In this document: piece after piece, positions 18,272 to 22,466 of the stretch
Position numbering within the stretch: position 1 is the stretch's first letter
Layout of the letters: the number at the start of each line of letters is the position of its first letter
Source: Fonticula alba ATCC 38817
Lineage: Eukaryota > Protista > Nucleariida
DNA length: 22,466 bases
Reading direction: 5' to 3' (one strand)
NCBI GenBank assembly: GCA_000388065.2
Contig: KB932206.1
Notes under the pieces: model-generated
What the model was told of the DNA's origin: nothing
The model's input: the letters and a program-made list of their open reading frames with translations, nothing else
The model's database searches: none
Made by a program: the position numbers and the translations under genes

Positions 18272-19808
18272 ATGCCGCTCAAGGACGCGGCCAACTTTCG
18301 CTTTATCCTCGGGTCCAAGAGCCCCCGGCGCATCCAGCTCCTCGGGGAGCATTATGTGCGTGGCTGATGCTGCCGGAGCTGCCCCCCCCCCCCNNNNNNN
18401 NNNNNNNNNNNNNNNNNNNNNNNNNNNNNNNNNNNNNNNNNNNNNNNNNNNNNNNNNNNNNNNNNNNNNNNNNNNNNNNNNNNNNNNNNNNNNNNNNNNN
18501 NNNNNNNNNNNNNNNNNNNNNNNNNNNNNNNNNNNNNNNNNNNNNNNNNNNNNNNNNNNNNNNNNNNNNNNNNNNNNNNNNNNNNNNNNNNNNNNNNNNN
18601 NNNNNNNNNNNNNNNNNNNNNNNNNNNNNNNNNNNNNNNNNNNNNNNNNNNNNNNNNNNNNNNNNNNNNNNNNNNNNNNNNNNNNNNNNNNNNNCCCCGC
18701 CATAGGGCCACTGACGCTGCTTCCCCGCCGGGGCGCACAGCCCGCGGCCGAGATCGTGGTCCAGCCGTCGGCCTTCGAGGAGGACCTGGCCAAGGAGGCC
18801 TCGCCGACGGCGGCGGCCTACGTGTCGGCCACCTGCTGGGGCAAGATGACGGACCTGCTTCCCGGGCTCTTCCCCGGCATGGAGCCGGGCCTGCCCGCGT
18901 CGCCGGGGCCCGGGGCGGCGCAGGTCCTCCGGACTCCGGCCGAGGCGGTGGCCCGGCTTGCCGGGGCGCCCCTGCCGCCGGCCGGCCGGGGGTTCCGCTA
19001 TGAGATTGTCATTTGCGCCGACACGGTGGTGGTCCTGCCGGGCGTGCCGGAGGCGGCCGCCCCCGGGCCCCAGGCGGCCCGGTCGCTTCCGCTGGCCGCC
19101 TGCCAGAGCGGCGACCAGATCGTGGAGAAGCCGGCCGACGAGGGCCAAGCCTTCGCCATGATCCGGACCCTGTGCGATCGGGGGTCGCACATGGTGCTGA
19201 CGGCGGTGGCCTGCGCCGTGGTCCTGGCCTCGGTGGACCCGGGCGCGGGGCCCGGCCCCGGCCGGCTGGCCGCCTCCTTTTGCCACACCTTCGCCACCGG
19301 GGTCGACATGTGCCCGGCCTCGGACGACACGATCCGGGCCTTCATCGCCCAGTCCCATCCATAGTGCGTGCCGCCGGGGGCGCGGCGGCGGCCGAGCGGC
19401 CGGGGCGCGCCACCTCCCAACGGATCGACCGCCCCCGCCCGTCTAGTTCGCGGTCCCGCGTTCCCGGCGAGCCGGGCCGGGCCGGGCCGGGCCGGGCCGG
19501 GGGGGGGGGGGGGAGCCGCTTCCGCGAGCCCGTCCCTTCGCCCGCCGCTCGCGGTTCTCGCGCCCCACGCTGAATTCCCTCGCCGGACCGCCCACTCACC
19601 CCCACCCGCTCACACACGCGCGCTGCACACATGTCGCTCCCGCCCGCCCGCCCGCCCGCCCGGGCCGCGCAGCGACAAGGCCGGCGGTTACGACATCCAA
19701 TCGGACCTCTCACGGATGATCATCCGCGGCAGCCGCGACGGTCTGGCGTCCACGGTGATCGGCTTTCCCATCGAGGCCTTTGCCGCGCTGATGGATGCGC
19801 TGTTCTAG
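18272..19808 (+). CDS. Maf/ASMTL-N family nucleoside triphosphate pyrophosphatase (YhdE type, dTTP/UTP). Exons 18272-18355, 18741-19363, 19673-19808
   Basis: Motifs FILGSKSPRRIQLL, VQPSAFEEDL, ICADTVVV (catalytic Asp), IVEKPAD, HPY|DKAGGYDIQ and VIGFP. Splicing TA|C removes the apparent TAG at 19362-19364. SPRR, ADT and Q match YhdE-type specificity positions rather than YceF. Confidence 0.92.
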
Positions 19809-20231
19809 CGGGCTACCCCAGCCGCTGCTACGGCTGCCACGATACTCCCCCCTTTCGCCGGTGTTCGCCTCCGGGGGGGGGGGGGGGGGGGGGTCCGCCT
19901 GCACCGCTTCGCGCTGGGCTCCGGCCGCCACTGCGATCGGCACTTTTGTCCCACTTCCCTCCCCCCGGCTCCTGTGCCGCCAATACATTGCCCCTCCCTT
20001 GCCACCTGCTCCTTGCTGTCCCGCCCCTCCCCCCTCCTTCCCCCTGCTCGCGCGCGTGCGCCCCCTCCCTTCCTCGCCCCGCCTCGCCCGGCCCGCCGAT
20101 TGTCCCCGACCGGTCCGCTGTTCGCCTTTCCCCCCTGGAACTGGGCCCCGCTGGCGTGCCTCCTCCCAATGAGCGCCCCCTCCGTGCAGGCGCTCCCTCC
20201 CCCGCTGGAGCCCGGGGCTCAGCGGGGCAAG

Positions 20232-20565
20232 ATGTTCCTCAACCAGGCGGTGCACCTCCCGCAGGCCTCGCTGGTGCGCGCCACCGCCCTTTTGCCGTGC
20301 CCTCCATCGCCAGCCGGCCCCTGCTGACCCACCACCGCCGCCGGCCCGACTGCCGCCACGCTGGCCACAGTTGAATGTGTGCTGCCACCTGGCCGGCGAT
20401 GACACCACCTCCTTGGTGTACAGGTGCGGGCCGCCCCTCCTGGCACCGGCGCCCGCATGGCCATTGCCGCGGCTGCAGCTCTCCCTCTTTGCCTCCGTCT
20501 CTCTCCCTCCCCCTGCTTCCCCGGGGCCTCGCCCCTCGTCCCACTGACCGCGCCAACCGCCGCCG

Positions 20566-20615
<50 letters not shown>

Positions 20616-20738
20616 CGGCCCCCCCGTGCCCCCCCCCCCCCCCGGGGGAGGTCCGCCCCCCCCCGGCCCCCCCGGCCGCCACCCCCCACACCCCCGCCGA
20701 CCCCAAGCCGGCCCCCCCCCCCCCCCCCCCCCCCCCCG

Positions 20739-20794
<56 letters not shown>

Positions 20795-20853
20795 CGTTCT
20801 GCTTCTCGTGTGGCCGTGCCCTGTTCGCTCTCTCCCCCCCCCCCCCCCCGCCC

Positions 20854-20894
<41 letters not shown>

Positions 20895-21609
20895 AGTGCG
20901 GCCCGAGCCGCCCTCTTCCGCCTGTCCTCCCCTGTGCCCCGCGCCCCGCGCCCCGCGCCCCGTCTGACCTCCTTGGGCAGATCGTCCAAACAGACCCGCT
21001 CGGGCACCAGACCACGGTGGCCCTGGCGCCGGCCCTGCCGGCCAGCGCCTGCCCGCCCGGGGTGCTGGTGCCCGACTTGAGCCTGGCCCCGCCCGACCGG
21101 GCCCCCTGGCTCGGAGACATCCGGTGCCTGCTGGTCAGCAGTCCGGGGGACCGGCAGTTTGTGCTGATCGTCCCGCCGGCGGCCCTGCTGCTGGGCCCGG
21201 GGCTGGAGTCGGTCCTCGGCGGGGATGCCGAGGATGCGGCCAGCACGCTGGCCGCCCTGCGGCCGCGCCAGCTCCAAGCCACGCCGCTCGCCTCGCGCGG
21301 GCCCATTAGCTGCATCCAGTTTTCGGCCGGGCCGCCGGTGGCCAGCATGTCGCCCGGGCACTGGTCCGCCGGGCGGGGCGCCGGCCCGAGCGGCGCCCCA
21401 CTCGGGGCTCGCCTGGGCTTCGGTCTGGAGGAGCTCGGCTCGCGCCTGCCCCCATCGGCGGCCGCGCGCGATGCTCGCCGCGAACGGCCCCTCTATCCGG
21501 TCCTCGAGTACCGGGTGTGCTTCCTTTCCCGGGCCGACAGCGCGCCCGGCGGGCCTGCCGCCGGGTCGGGCCAGTCGCAGTCACAGCCGACGCAGCAGCA
21601 GCAACCGGC

Positions 21610-21647
<38 letters not shown>

Positions 21648-22333
21648 TGCACACCATCCAGGGGGGGCGCCTGGCGGTGGCCTTCCACACCACGACTGCG
21701 GCGGCGGCGGCGGCGGCGGCCGCGGCCGCGGCGGCCACCACCACCGGCCTCGCTCCTCCCACCATCCGCCTGACCTCCGGCCACTCGATCGACCTGTCCA
21801 ACACCCTTGAGGCGGTGGTCCAGCTGGACAGCTCCGAATGGATGATCACCCACCCGGTGGAGGTTGGCACGGCGGCCATTTGCCCGGTGCGCCCGGCGCC
21901 GCCGGGCAGCTCCGGCCCCGGCCCCGGCCCCGGCCCGGCCCCGGGGTTCCTCATCCTGTCAAGCAACTCGCTGCTGTACTTCGAGCCCCCGACCGATGCC
22001 CAGCTGCTGGAGGGGCTGGCCGGGCAGACCGGCCTGGCGGCCAGTGCCCTGGCCCCGGATGTGGCCATCGCCAATGGCGGCCTCATCCCCGGGGTGTGTG
22101 CCTTCTTGGACAGTGCCCGGCATGTGCCGGCGTCCGGGGGCCGGCGTGGCGCCCGGCGCCCGGCTGATGGCTCTCCCCCCGGGCAGCCGCCCATGGAGGT
22201 CCAGCGTTTCGTCTGCGCCGACCGGGCCGGCTTCCTGTGGGCCATGTACCTTCGCCGGCCGGGGTTCGATCCGGGCGCCTCGCTCGCCGACCGGGCGGCC
22301 CGCACGCGCATTGCCTTCCGCTGCCTGGGCTAT
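20232..22333 (+). CDS. 5' part of a DDB1/RSE1(SF3B3)/CPSF160-family beta-propeller protein; continues past the window. Exons 20232-20273, 20371-20423, (unresolved), ~20981-22333
   Basis: MFLNQAVHLPQASL|LNVCCHLAGDDTTSLVY resembles the DDB1/SF3B3 N-terminus. Later segments GQIVQTDPLGH, AAICPV..GFLILSSNSLLYF, FVCADRAGFLWAMYL and RIAFRCLG parallel DDB1 GIIDPECR, ASMVIAVP..GAIIIGQESITY, YLLGDMEGRLFMLLL and LRVELLG. Donor gtgcgt at 22334. An alternative in-frame ATG lies at 20169. Confidence 0.72.
20565..20892. repeat. Interrupted poly-C low-complexity tract, probably low-quality sequence
   Basis: Several C runs of 20-50 nt with scattered G/A. This tract produces the spurious poly-Pro and poly-Gly ORFs. 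Confidence 0.85.
21593..21735 (+). repeat. Coding (CAG)n polyQ and (GCG)n polyA tracts
   Basis: QQQQPAQQQQQQQQQQQ and about 12 Ala residues, in frame within the propeller exon. Confidence 0.9.
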
Positions 22334-22466
22334 GTGCGTTTCCTGCTGTCGGTGTGTCTCTTCCTTTGTTGATTGATGGATTGACCAGATGTCCTTGCAC
22401 TGTGCTGTCGGGGGGTGCCCGCGTGTATTTGTTCTTGCTCTTGTCTCTTCTTGCTCTTGTCTCTTC

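Noticed and set aside
20219-21361. Poly-Gly and poly-Pro ORFs (formin/extensin-like)
   Set aside because: Produced by intronic or low-quality poly-C runs.
1728-22333. Functional gene cluster (B12, FAD, NTP sanitising, telomerase, HDAC)
   Set aside because: No shared pathway is evident. A gene-dense eukaryotic neighbourhood of housekeeping genes explains it adequately.

Overview
GC-rich, intron-dense eukaryotic DNA with four N-gaps (2568-2577, 4911-5084, 12920-13221, 18394-18694) and many poly-C/G runs. The gene and intron style resembles an early-diverging opisthokont/holomycotan such as Fonticula; this is inference and not verified. Most ORFs in the supplied track are GC-driven or antisense artefacts. 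Manual splicing gives seven genes: (1) the 3' part of a coiled-coil gene (+); (2) a PduO/MMAB-type cob(I)alamin adenosyltransferase (+) fused in the same exon to a ~270-aa membrane/helical tail; (3) telomerase reverse transcriptase TERT (-, about 18-19 exons); (4) FAD synthase FAD1 (+); (5) a Hos3-like HDAC (-); (6) a Maf/ASMTL-type pyrophosphatase (+); (7) the start of a divergent DDB1/RSE1/CPSF160-family propeller gene (+). The main observation is that the apparent final TERT exon (2494-2077) lies inside MMAB intron 1, while MMAB exons 2-6 lie inside the last TERT intron. This is either true gene interleaving or a poly-C misjoin in the assembly.
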